A stretch of DNA of 38,619 nt from a virus. Taxonomy: Duplodnaviria > Caudoviricetes. This document shows positions 25,728-34,275 of the stretch, piece after piece. Under the pieces are notes generated by a model that was not told the DNA's origin, searched no databases, and was given only the letters and a program-made list of their open reading frames with translations. The stretch is from IMG/VR virus record IMGVR_UViG_3300044858_000265, positions 1 to 38,619 of that record. The stretch is one strand, 5' to 3'. Both the position numbers and the translations under genes were made by a program. Each line of letters starts with the position of its first letter. Positions within the stretch are counted from its first letter, which is position 1.

Positions 25728-28354
25728 TATGCTGTCCTTAATCCAAAGGGAGTTTCGCCAAAGTGGATGGCTCTAACCCGTGCAGAACCTGACACCCCCA
25801 CCTCAAATGTATCGGAGCGATAGCCTGTAGGAAGGCGGAACACCTCATCCGTAGACACAGTAGCTTGGAAGGCAAGTTGTTTGTCTACCCATAAGCGGAA
25901 GGTAATTGGCAATATAGACTCAATAGTCCTTAGAGAGCGTGTCAAGTTATCTCCGTTGACCACTACAGAATTTAAAGTGCCAAAGTTTACAATTCGGTTA
26001 CCCTGTGCGTCGATGCGGTCATAAGGGCCATTCATATCCCCTAACCCTTTTAAGTGAGCGATTGTCGCAGACCCGTCAGATACAACAGACACATCACCAC
26101 CCGCATTAGCGTAGGTAAATGTTGTGGCATTAACTACAGTAACAACTGCATTAGTTGTATTAAAAGTTGCTCCAACTGGGGAGGTAAACCCGGTTACAGT
26201 AACACGAGACCCTGTTATTAACTGGTGTGCAGTAGCCGTTACGATTGTTGCCACACTAGAAGTACGGGCGTATGAAACTGAAACAGATGTATCGTTATAC
26301 TCATTCCATACGCCAAGGTTGTACGCAGGCACGCCAGCGTTGTAAGCCGCAATCGCTTCTGTCTCAGCATCAGGCGTTGCATAATCAGCAATAATACGAG
26401 CCGCACCAAGATTTAGAAAGTCTTTAGTTACAATAGTTTTAGACTTCCACTCAGCAGAAGATAAAGGTTGTGTAGTTTTATCCCACTCGTATAGATTACC
26501 AAGGTTATCGGAAATATAGTAAAAGTCATTAGACTGTGGGTCGTACCACGCAGCAGTAAATTTGTAGTTGATTTGAACAAAGTAACCACCAATGCGGTCG
26601 TCACGTTCAAAGATAAACGAAGCTGTACCGTCAGAGCCAAAGTATTTGCCGTTGTAAAAACGACCAGTTACGTTAGTCAAATCAACTGCTTCAGGCCATG
26701 TATCCCAGTCGTGCACAAACTTTGTAATCAAGTCCATACCGCCCGACGGGTTGTACACAGCCAAACCACCATACGTTACATATGCTACGCCGTAGCCCAT
26801 ATTCACAATAGAACGCTTGGATAAGCAGGGGTAAAGGGTATCAATACGGGCATACGCCATCGTCGCAGGGTTGTTGCCTGAAACTTGGTATGGGTATTCT
26901 TCAGTCAGTACAAGGATGTAACCACCGACAGAAGCAACACCTACAATGTCGTACTCAAAAGTTAGCGCATATTTGGCAGGCCAAGCATGTGGAACATTTG
27001 GTTCGGAAAAGAATAACTGATTGCCATCAAAACCAACCAGAATGTTATTTTGTGCTGCGATAAGACCTTTAAGATTTTCAGGAGGTGGGTCATATTCATT
27101 GGTCTCCAGTATGTCAAACAGATTCCGTGAATCAAAGTCATCGGTAAATGTATAACTACCATCACCCCAATATCGAGCAGGTTTATCTAAAGTTTCCGCA
27201 ACGTCGTGGTACACCGTGCCAGCAGTTTCAGCTTTGTCAGCTACAGCACTTGCGGTTTGTGCATACTCAAACGTATAGTCATCAATGATGTCAAGGACAA
27301 CACCGCCTGTAATATTAAACGACGTATCAGTACAACCACTTAGTTTAAAGCGGTCGTCTAATGCAAGATTGTGATGGTTGTTAAGTGTCACACGAGACAC
27401 GTTATCAGCACGACTTACACGAGCCGTACCAGTGGGGAACCACAAAGTGGCTAACCGAAAATATTCTGTACCGCCAGACGACGCAAGCGTACGATACAGC
27501 CGCACCCCACGTACAAAGTTACTGCCGGTAGGTTTTGCTGTAGGTAGATTACTGACTGTAACTAACTGACCTTCTTTAATATACAAGTTATCAGATGGCT
27601 CAGACGCAATAGATTCTTCTTCCCACGGTGTATACCATGTGTATACGTAGTTTCGAGGAATTGTATTACCCGCAAGGGATACTCTACCGTTTGTATCAGA
27701 TGTAGTGCTAACTTGTTCGCCGGGACTAAAGTATGTAAACGTAGTGTCGTTTACCACAGTCACTTCAGCGTTAGTCGCATTAAATGTAGCTATTGAAGTA
27801 GTTGCCGCAGGAAAACCACTAATGGTAATAATCATGCCTGTGCGCAACTCATGGTTTGCAGAGGTTACAACCGTTGCATAATTACCAGCATCACGGGCAC
27901 GGCTAGTAGAAGACTTTTGTGAAAACGATGTAGACGACGTGGTTAGTACTGTCTCAGGTAAGGGTAAGCCCAAGTTATAAGAATTATTAGGGTAGGGTAC
28001 ACCCGTAGCAGTAGCCAACTCATAGTTGCTAACTTTAGGTACGCCATCACCTGTGTAATAGAAACGCTGCTCACCGTCTTCCGAAGCAGAGGCTGTAATG
28101 ATGTCAACGTCAGTTGCCCAAGTCAACCACTTCAAGTCACCAGTACTAGGGTCACGTAAAGCATAAAGCGTTTTAATTGTGCCCACACGGTCTACATGCC
28201 CAGAAAGATAAGGTAGACGGTAAGGAATTAAATCTCCTGAATACAACTTGACATTAAACGCAATCTGCGCCGCAGCGTCAGGCAGCAACTCCGAAGCAAT
28301 CTTCGGGGCTTCTCCAAGAAATTTAACAATTTTTACTGCGGCCATATTAGGCAA
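25727..28354 (-). CDS. Tail tubular protein B / nozzle-like (stabilisation) protein with three inserted beta-rich repeat domains
   Basis: YVYTWYTPWEEES..S.PS, LFFSEP..PHAWP..Y, CLSKRSIV, WKSK, FRLPTGYR motifs typical of podophage nozzle proteins; start may be ATG 28345. Confidence 0.75.
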   Translation of the reverse strand: MPNMAAVKIVKFLGEAPKIASELLPDAAAQIAFNVKLYSGDLIPYRLPYLSGHVDRVGTIKTLYALRDPSTGDLKWLTWATDVDIITASASEDGEQRFYYTGDGVPKVSNYELATATGVPYPNNSYNLGLPLPETVLTTSSTSFSQKSSTSRARDAGNYATVVTSANHELRTGMIITISGFPAATTSIATFNATNAEVTVVNDTTFTYFSPGEQVSTTSDTNGRVSLAGNTIPRNYVYTWYTPWEEESIASEPSDNLYIKEGQLVTVSNLPTAKPTGSNFVRGVRLYRTLASSGGTEYFRLATLWFPTGTARVSRADNVSRVTLNNHHNLALDDRFKLSGCTDTSFNITGGVVLDIIDDYTFEYAQTASAVADKAETAGTVYHDVAETLDKPARYWGDGSYTFTDDFDSRNLFDILETNEYDPPPENLKGLIAAQNNILVGFDGNQLFFSEPNVPHAWPAKYALTFEYDIVGVASVGGYILVLTEEYPYQVSGNNPATMAYARIDTLYPCLSKRSIVNMGYGVAYVTYGGLAVYNPSGGMDLITKFVHDWDTWPEAVDLTNVTGRFYNGKYFGSDGTASFIFERDDRIGGYFVQINYKFTAAWYDPQSNDFYYISDNLGNLYEWDKTTQPLSSAEWKSKTIVTKDFLNLGAARIIADYATPDAETEAIAAYNAGVPAYNLGVWNEYNDTSVSVSYARTSSVATIVTATAHQLITGSRVTVTGFTSPVGATFNTTNAVVTVVNATTFTYANAGGDVSVVSDGSATIAHLKGLGDMNGPYDRIDAQGNRIVNFGTLNSVVVNGDNLTRSLRTIESILPITFRLWVDKQLAFQATVSTDEVFRLPTGYRSDTFEVGVSGSARVRAIHFGETPFGLRTA

Positions 28355-28811
28355 CCAATCCGGGTAAGTACACAGTCTTGCCGTCTTGCTTAACAGCAGT
28401 CAGTGTTTGCTTTTTTAAATTAGCTGGGTCATAAGACACATGTACCCAACCAGAATCAGGAATACCCTGAGTGTAAAACTCTAGGATGACTTGCGTGAAC
28501 GAGAAGTTTTCTGCGATGTACTGCGCGAGTTCCGCGTTTGCGACACCGGGGATTTCGATGTCTGCCGCTTGACCTTTGCAGTGGTCGCTGGTTTTGGAAC
28601 CTCCGACTTTGGCGTTAACTTCGGGGTGTCGGAAACCGGAGTTGACTTTAACTCCTTTACCGTAGTGCTCCCGAACAGGCTGAAGAATCTGCTCACATAG
28701 TCTTTTAAGGTTTTCAATCTCACTCTCCCCCGGCGTATTGTCCATGTTGTGACGCAACGCTGTCTCAGATTTAACCATCTCGACTAAAGAGAAATTATTT
28801 GTCAGTTGCAT
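28347..28811 (-). CDS. Endolysin, peptidase M15 family (Zn D-Ala-D-Ala carboxypeptidase-like)
   Basis: LTNNFSLVEM, NSGFR, SDHCKGQAADI, WVHVSY zinc-ligand motifs. Confidence 0.92.
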   Translation of the reverse strand: MQLTNNFSLVEMVKSETALRHNMDNTPGESEIENLKRLCEQILQPVREHYGKGVKVNSGFRHPEVNAKVGGSKTSDHCKGQAADIEIPGVANAELAQYIAENFSFTQVILEFYTQGIPDSGWVHVSYDPANLKKQTLTAVKQDGKTVYLPGLVA

Positions 28812-29208
28812 TTTTCTTTCCCTTCATGTCGATAATCTTCTCCAGCGTGCGACCGCCAAAATAAAACGACATAATTAGCATACCCCACTGCCCAAGCAAC
28901 TCGACATAATTATTGTTTACCTCAATATCCCAAGCAGACATCATGGCAAAGGTAGAGTAAACAATTAGAATAAACACAAGAGTCATAGGTCTAATGTTTT
29001 TAGACAGCCAGCTATCACTAGCCATGTCGGCTTCATGCCGTTTAGTTAGTTCTTGAGCTTCAATGTTATCGGCGTTAAGCTCAGCCAGTCTGCCTTCTTG
29101 TTGCATCTTAAGAAGTTCTTGCTGGGCTTTTGCTTTAGCTTCAGGGTCTGGAATAAATTTATCCAGCACCTTCATGCCGACATCTACTAATGCGGTTAGT
29201 GGAAACAT
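28795..29208 (-). CDS. Holin (3TM / GTA-type holin family)
   Basis: LDKFIPDPEAKAKAQ...DMASDSWLSKNIRP + hydrophobic helices + FYFGGRTLEK; directly upstream of endolysin. Confidence 0.85.
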   Translation of the reverse strand: MFPLTALVDVGMKVLDKFIPDPEAKAKAQQELLKMQQEGRLAELNADNIEAQELTKRHEADMASDSWLSKNIRPMTLVFILIVYSTFAMMSAWDIEVNNNYVELLGQWGMLIMSFYFGGRTLEKIIDMKGKKNATDK

Positions 29209-29209
29209 G

Positions 29210-29572
29210 TTACCTCCCTACCGAAGTTTGGTTATCGCCCTTGCGAACGGTAACTTTGTCACCTTCAACCTGTACGCTCATTGGGTCACGGTCAGCCATT
29301 GTTTCTACTTTGTCAATAAGCTGCTTCATAATCTCGAACTCAGGCTTTTCTTGCTTGGGATTAGCACCTGCTACACCGTTAAGCATGGATATAAGTGCAG
29401 TCAAAGAAGCGCCAAGCAAGCCCATTACAGCAGCCATTTTGCCTTCTTCTAACACGATTGAAGCACCTACGCCCATAGCCACGATGATGGTGATATACAC
29501 CAGACCGTGTTTGCCAATAGCTTTACCAGCTACTTCCTTGGCGGTTTCGATATATGTTTCTTTCTCACTCAT
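29210..29572 (-). CDS. Two-TM membrane protein in lysis cassette
   Basis: GLVYITIIVAMGVGASIVL and AAVMGLLGASLTALISML hydrophobic segments; ATGA coupling. Confidence 0.7.
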   Translation of the reverse strand: MSEKETYIETAKEVAGKAIGKHGLVYITIIVAMGVGASIVLEEGKMAAVMGLLGASLTALISMLNGVAGANPKQEKPEFEIMKQLIDKVETMADRDPMSVQVEGDKVTVRKGDNQTSVGR

Positions 29573-30021
29573 CTTTTATCCCCCCATACTATGAAGTAAG
29601 CAATCCAAGCTGCTGCCAAAAAACACCAAAACTGCACCCACTTAACCTTTGACAACTCTGCATCAAAGTACTTCTTGTCTTCTTTCTCCAACCGTTCAAT
29701 CTCGGTTTTTATATCCAAAACCTTTTGCCACTCTTTAGTGCCGTACTTCTTTATAAAATCAACCCTCAATTTGTACTCCTCATCCGAAATTTTCTTTCGG
29801 TGTCGGTACTCATCAAGAGCTTTAAATATTGCTCGTTCTTTTCTAAACTCTGCTTCTTTGCGCTCGCGAATCTTAGCGTTCGCTTGTTGCCTTGCTACGT
29901 CAACTGCTTCTTTTTGAACATCCTCGATGTTCTTGCCAATTTCTCGACCAGCTTCTCTACCAGTCTTTAATCCTTCGCTGATACCCTTGGCACCAATCGA
30001 CAACCCCAGTTCGTCTGACAT
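29569..30021 (-). CDS. Coiled-coil protein with C-terminal TM helix
   Basis: Charged helical body; C-terminal WVQFWCFLAAAWIAYFIVWG. Confidence 0.75.
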   Translation of the reverse strand: MSDELGLSIGAKGISEGLKTGREAGREIGKNIEDVQKEAVDVARQQANAKIRERKEAEFRKERAIFKALDEYRHRKKISDEEYKLRVDFIKKYGTKEWQKVLDIKTEIERLEKEDKKYFDAELSKVKWVQFWCFLAAAWIAYFIVWGDKR

Positions 30022-30046
30022 AGCTCAATTTAAAACCCCGCAATGG

Positions 30047-30193
30047 TTATTTTGCTTTTTTCATGCACTTGCCCATTGCCTTACACTTTGCAGCATTAGG
30101 ACAACCAGCACATGGTTTGAAAGTCATACCACCTTTAGCGTAGCCCATAGGCTTACCAGCGGCTTTTTTTGCAGTAGGTTTTTTGTTCATCAT
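30047..30193 (-). CDS. Small Lys/Cys-rich protein (48 aa), not in ORF track
   Basis: MMNKKPTAKKAAGKPMGYAKGGMTFKPCAGCPNAAKCKAMGKCMKKAK-TAA; AAGGA SD; fills the gap 30022-30195. Confidence 0.75.
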   Translation of the reverse strand: MMNKKPTAKKAAGKPMGYAKGGMTFKPCAGCPNAAKCKAMGKCMKKAK

Positions 30194-30195
30194 GA

Positions 30196-30378
30196 TTAAA
30201 GTCCTTTAAAGATGATAGCCACGAGGAGACCCGCCATACTGACTATCAGAGCACCGGCGGTTTTAATGATTAAAGACTCCAAGCGGTCTACCCGTTGGAT
30301 AAAAGTTTGATAACGTTCGGCACAGACAGCCTCATGAGAGGTGAGTTGTACTTCTAGTTCATGAGTTGTTGCTGCCAC
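30196..30378 (-). CDS. Small coiled-coil + TM protein (XhlA/hemolysin-like, HEAVCAERY type)
   Basis: AGGAGG SD before GTG; HEAVCAERY...RVDRLE then hydrophobic C-terminus. Confidence 0.7.
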   Translation of the reverse strand: MAATTHELEVQLTSHEAVCAERYQTFIQRVDRLESLIIKTAGALIVSMAGLLVAIIFKGL

Positions 30379-30544
30379 GGTCAGCCTCCTTAACGGCTTG
30401 AGTTTGGTCGATTACCGCAGGAAAATCAGTTTCTTGCGGCTCCTCAGGTTCAATTACAAGAACGCAACCCTCAGGCACAGTTTCGCAACGCATCAATGCG
30501 CCGTTCGAAAACATAACAAGAGGAAGTCTGCGTCCGTCTATCAT
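30359..30544 (-). CDS. Hypothetical protein (61 aa), possible tail-fibre accessory
   Basis: ATGA overlap with the 279-aa gene stop. Confidence 0.6.
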   Translation of the reverse strand: MIDGRRLPLVMFSNGALMRCETVPEGCVLVIEPEEPQETDFPAVIDQTQAVKEADRGSNNS

Positions 30545-31380
30545 GTTGTATAAGAACCTGAGGAATTAAAGGAAAGAACTGTGTGGCTACCGACGGTAGT
30601 AATACTTGGTGAACCTGTAGTTATTCCAGAATAGCGTGAAGTAGGAACTTTTAGAATAACAACGCCTGAACCGCCATTAGTTCCGTTTTCCCCTCCAACT
30701 GGACGACCACCTCTACCACCAAAACCGTTATTAGTTCCGCCGCCTGTACCACTAGGTTGTCCATCTCCGCCACGAGAGTAGGTTACTGCTGAACCAGTGA
30801 TGGAGTTGCTTGTTCCCGCACCACCACCTGTTGGAGAACTATCAGAACCTGCTGCTGCTGAGCCGCCGCCGGGAGCACCCTGCCCACCAGTAAAATAATT
30901 TCCGCCTCGGTTACCTTGCCCACCAGTACCCGCAGCACCAGCATTTACTATAAATGAGCCGCCGCCACCAGAGCCACCGCTAGACGCCGCCGAACCACCA
31001 GCACCACCGCCGCCGCCACTAGCGGTAAAAGATGAAAATACTGAGTTTGAACCATTTGCACCATTTGCATTTGTGCTGTTTGTGTATGCGCCGCCACCGC
31101 CAACTGTAATAGTGTAAACAGTGCCAAGTGATATACCTGTAACTGTTCCGGCTAAATAACCACCTGCACCGCCACCGCCGCCGTAATGAGAGCCGGAAGC
31201 ACCTGCGCCGCCACCGCCACCGCCTGCGGCTACAAGATACTCAATATTTACTGTCTGTAAAGGCCATATTGAACCTTTAATAGCCTCAAGCACTTCATTC
31301 AAAGAAAACCGCCCTCTAGCCGATGAAGTAGTAGTAGTATTTCGTACACCGAAAATACCACCGTTATGCCTGCGACTCAT
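30541..31380 (-). CDS. Glycine-rich tail fibre tip / receptor-binding protein
   Basis: EYLVAAGGGGGG...GGGGGAGG...YTITVGGGG...GGSGVVILK glycine-rich (polyglycine II type) domain. Confidence 0.75.
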   Translation of the reverse strand: MSRRHNGGIFGVRNTTTTSSARGRFSLNEVLEAIKGSIWPLQTVNIEYLVAAGGGGGGAGASGSHYGGGGGAGGYLAGTVTGISLGTVYTITVGGGGAYTNSTNANGANGSNSVFSSFTASGGGGGAGGSAASSGGSGGGGSFIVNAGAAGTGGQGNRGGNYFTGGQGAPGGGSAAAGSDSSPTGGGAGTSNSITGSAVTYSRGGDGQPSGTGGGTNNGFGGRGGRPVGGENGTNGGSGVVILKVPTSRYSGITTGSPSITTVGSHTVLSFNSSGSYTT

Positions 31381-31739
31381 TACGAAATCTCCTCAAAAGA
31401 CACGACAATTTCAAGGTCGCCCGAAGCCGAAGCCAGTGCGGTAATCTTGTCGCCTTCTTCAAGATAGATTGCTTTTGACACAATGTCGAGCGTAGCATCC
31501 GCAGGAACTGTTATCGTATGCGCAAGTTCATAAGTTGCTGTTGCTGAAGCATCATAAAAAGCAACAGTTGCGTCTGCACTATTAGCACCATCTACGTTAG
31601 ATACATATATTGCGTTGACCTTAAAGACTTTACCGCTGCCTGCGGAATTAGTTACGATGTCCGCACTAGAAGTGCCAAGAGCAGCACCAACAGTTCGACC
31701 AAGGATAGTTGCTACGTTTACGATATTAGGGGCTGCCAT
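31380..31739 (-). CDS. Tail-fibre connector-type beta protein (MAAPNIVNV type)
   Basis: Recurrent phage protein following genes ending in KAIAMAIVFG; VSNVDG..VPADATL...IYLEEGD..SFEEIS. Confidence 0.65.
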   Translation of the reverse strand: MAAPNIVNVATILGRTVGAALGTSSADIVTNSAGSGKVFKVNAIYVSNVDGANSADATVAFYDASATATYELAHTITVPADATLDIVSKAIYLEEGDKITALASASGDLEIVVSFEEIS

Positions 31740-31742
31740 GTT

Positions 31743-32096
31743 TTATCCTCCGAAGACAATTGCCATTGCGATTGCTTTACCAGTGGTAGCACGGTCAGCA
31801 AACTCTGTGAATAGAGCCGCCGTTGGGCGTAGCTCAAACCTGTCGTTCGTGCTGTACGCACGAGCCGTTGTGTTATCTTGCCCACGCACTACAGTCATAG
31901 TGTCAGTTGAACGGGCTGTAACTTTTACAATCTCGAGATTGTTTGATGTGTCAATCAGTGTGGCATAAAAATAGTCACCAGCACTTAGTGTTGGAAAGCG
32001 TGCACCTTGTCCTGCGGTCAGTACAATAGTTGTTACCGAACTATTGATACCTGCGTTCAATGTGCCAAAAGCGTTATTGGTGACTTTAATTCCCAT
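31743..32096 (-). CDS. Short tail-fibre anchor protein ending in TTGKAIAMAIVFGG
   Basis: First ~95 aa are a clear paralog of the N-terminus of 32470-33798. Confidence 0.75.
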   Translation of the reverse strand: MGIKVTNNAFGTLNAGINSSVTTIVLTAGQGARFPTLSAGDYFYATLIDTSNNLEIVKVTARSTDTMTVVRGQDNTTARAYSTNDRFELRPTAALFTEFADRATTGKAIAMAIVFGG

Positions 32097-32098
32097 GA

Positions 32099-32458
32099 TT
32101 ACTGTCCTTGAGTGTCAGGTACTTCTACCCAATTGCCTGCGTTGTCATCCCATGAGTAGCGTTTGCCGTCATTAGGCATCTGTGTAGGTGCATCCCACAA
32201 GCATGTCTGCTCATTCAGAACCCACTTGCTGTATGGCTTTGGTGGGATAAACGCATCACGACCAGCGTCGTAGGTATACCCAATGCCTGCGTAGTTCTTA
32301 CGCAGCGGACGCCCTTCAGGGTGAACACCACCGTGGGTGTTGTAGCTTGTCTGAATCCATTGTCCGGGACTAGAGTCCACAAACGTATTAAAAAACTCTT
32401 GTTCAGCAACGATAACTTGCGTTACTAAACCGTCAACAACTTTTGCAAAATGTGCCAT
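32099..32458 (-). CDS. Tail-fibre associated protein (MAHFAK type)
   Basis: MAHFAK...WIQTSYN...LRKNYAGIGYTYD..RDAFIPPKPY..W motif typically follows glycine-rich fibres; AGGAG SD. Confidence 0.7.
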   Translation of the reverse strand: MAHFAKVVDGLVTQVIVAEQEFFNTFVDSSPGQWIQTSYNTHGGVHPEGRPLRKNYAGIGYTYDAGRDAFIPPKPYSKWVLNEQTCLWDAPTQMPNDGKRYSWDDNAGNWVEVPDTQGQ

Positions 32459-32469
32459 TCAAATTCTCC

Positions 32470-33798
32470 TTATGCTGTAAACGTGCCAGACGATGTAAAT
32501 GTGTGGATGGTGTAACCACCACTGGATGTAACTGTTCCGCCAGACCCACGTTGTACTCCCGGGTAGCGGACAATCACAATGCCAGAACCACCGTTACCAC
32601 CAGTGTTTGTGGTATCCGCTGTGGCGGATGTTGCACCGCCGCCGCCACTTCCTGTGTTTGCAGTAGCCGCAACACCATTGCTTGGGAATGATTGACCAGC
32701 ATTACCGCCACCGCCAGAGCCACCAAGACCGGGTGTTCCTCCGCTTGTATAAACACCACCACCGCCGCCGCCCGCTCTAGTTACGGCAGAACCTGTGATG
32801 CTAGAAGAAACTCCAGCGCCACCATTTCCACCAACAGAAGTAGTTCCGTTTACGCCAACAGCGCCAGCGCCGCCGCCACCTCCAGCGCCGTATTCTGGGC
32901 TTCCCGCTCCGCTACCACCAGCATAACCTTGGTTTGCTGTGCCAGAGCCTCCAACAGTTGTTCCGCCACCACCGCCAGCACCAGAACCACCGGAAGTACC
33001 GTTTGCTGGGTAAGCACCGCCTGCACCGCCACCTATTGAAGTAATCGTTGCAAATACAGAATCAGCGCCGTTTGTGCCGTTGTTAGCCCCAGCCGCTCCA
33101 CCAGCACCGCCAGCACCAATGGTTACTGAATAATTTGTCGCTGTATTAACAGTAAGTGGAGATTCAGCACTGCCGCCGCCACCAGAAGACTGCCCAAAAA
33201 CAGACGAACGATAGCCCCCAGCACCACCGCCACCGCCAGAAGCGTAACTCGATGCAGACCTTACCGCACCACCTCCACCTCCACCAGCAATCACAAGATA
33301 TTCAACTGCATATGTTGAAGGTCTAATATCTTGCCAATTTGTGCCGTCGTAGTACTCCATATATCCAGTAGTACTGTTAAATCTTTGCATCCCAGCAACA
33401 GGACTTCCGGGTCTTTGTGCTGTAGTTCCTGTTGGAAGGTCAAAATACCCGGTCGAACTATTAAGTTCATCAGATACCTGAGTAGGGCCAATCTCGTTTA
33501 CTGCATCAATAAACGTCTGAGCAGTTAAGCGAATCTCAATGCGGTCGCCAGTAACATACGCACGGGCTGTAGTTGATTCTTGCCCACGTACAACAGTCAA
33601 CACATCGGTTGAACGAGCCGTACACTTGACAATCTCAAGGTTGTTCGATGTGTCTACCAGTGTGGCGTAGAAATAATCGCTTGCCGTTAAAGTTGGGAAG
33701 CGAGCACCCTGCCCCGATGTCAATGTAATGCTAGTCGCAGACGAGTTGATACCCGCCGCAAGCGTAGCATTAGCATTGTTTGTGAGTTTGATACCCAT
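32470..33798 (-). CDS. Tail fibre: anchor domain + GTTAQRP linker + glycine-rich domain
   Basis: LPTGTTAQRP...RFNSTTGYMEYYDGTNW fibre motif, then EYLVIAGGGGGG...GGSGIVIVRY...HTFTSSGTF. Confidence 0.8.
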   Translation of the reverse strand: MGIKLTNNANATLAAGINSSATSITLTSGQGARFPTLTASDYFYATLVDTSNNLEIVKCTARSTDVLTVVRGQESTTARAYVTGDRIEIRLTAQTFIDAVNEIGPTQVSDELNSSTGYFDLPTGTTAQRPGSPVAGMQRFNSTTGYMEYYDGTNWQDIRPSTYAVEYLVIAGGGGGGAVRSASSYASGGGGGAGGYRSSVFGQSSGGGGSAESPLTVNTATNYSVTIGAGGAGGAAGANNGTNGADSVFATITSIGGGAGGAYPANGTSGGSGAGGGGGTTVGGSGTANQGYAGGSGAGSPEYGAGGGGGAGAVGVNGTTSVGGNGGAGVSSSITGSAVTRAGGGGGGVYTSGGTPGLGGSGGGGNAGQSFPSNGVAATANTGSGGGGATSATADTTNTGGNGGSGIVIVRYPGVQRGSGGTVTSSGGYTIHTFTSSGTFTA

Positions 33799-33809
33799 TC
33801 CCGGACTCC

Positions 33810-34265
33810 TTAGTTAACAGTCACAGTCCAAGTAATGCCAAGTGTGTCTGCTGCACCTTTGTTGATAACTGAGAACACTGTACGGCACAACATAGTGCCA
33901 GAAGACGAAGCATTAAAAATACCCGCTTCAGTCAATGCACCAGTACCAGTACCTGCTGGGAACGTCGCAACATACGCTACGTTGTTTGTAGTTACAGTTG
34001 TTGAAGTCAACGTCACACGCGAACTTGCAACAGCAGTTTCGAGAGCAGTATCTCCGGCAGCGGCAGCAGTTGTACCAGTACCAACTTCCATATGCGTCAT
34101 CGCCGCTGGAGTGTTGGTTGTGGTCTTAGCCATGCTGGAAGCAATAAAGTTTTTACCTACTGTTACCACTAGGTTCTTTACTTCTTCTTCTTGCTTGACA
34201 TTGCCGTGCTCGTCAGTAAGAACGAGCTTCAGGTTACCTGTCATTTTGATTGCGTCGTTAAACAT
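33810..34265 (-). CDS. Tail-collar/fibre-attachment-like protein
   Basis: NLVVTVGK...VGTGTT....DTAL...EAGIFNA....MLCRTVF..INK pattern of phage tail-collar fibre N-domains; AAGGAG SD. Confidence 0.7.
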   Translation of the reverse strand: MFNDAIKMTGNLKLVLTDEHGNVKQEEEVKNLVVTVGKNFIASSMAKTTTNTPAAMTHMEVGTGTTAAAAGDTALETAVASSRVTLTSTTVTTNNVAYVATFPAGTGTGALTEAGIFNASSSGTMLCRTVFSVINKGAADTLGITWTVTVN

Positions 34266-34275
34266 GATTTACTCC

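Noticed and set aside
30022-30048. Possible terminator after the 48-aa gene
   Set aside because: Only a weak ~4-bp stem (AACC/GGTT) before a short T run
30541-33798. Duplicated fibre segments as a diversity-generating retroelement TR/VR pair
   Set aside because: No reverse transcriptase in the window; the duplicated part is the N-terminal anchor, both copies are coding, and differences are not adenine-specific
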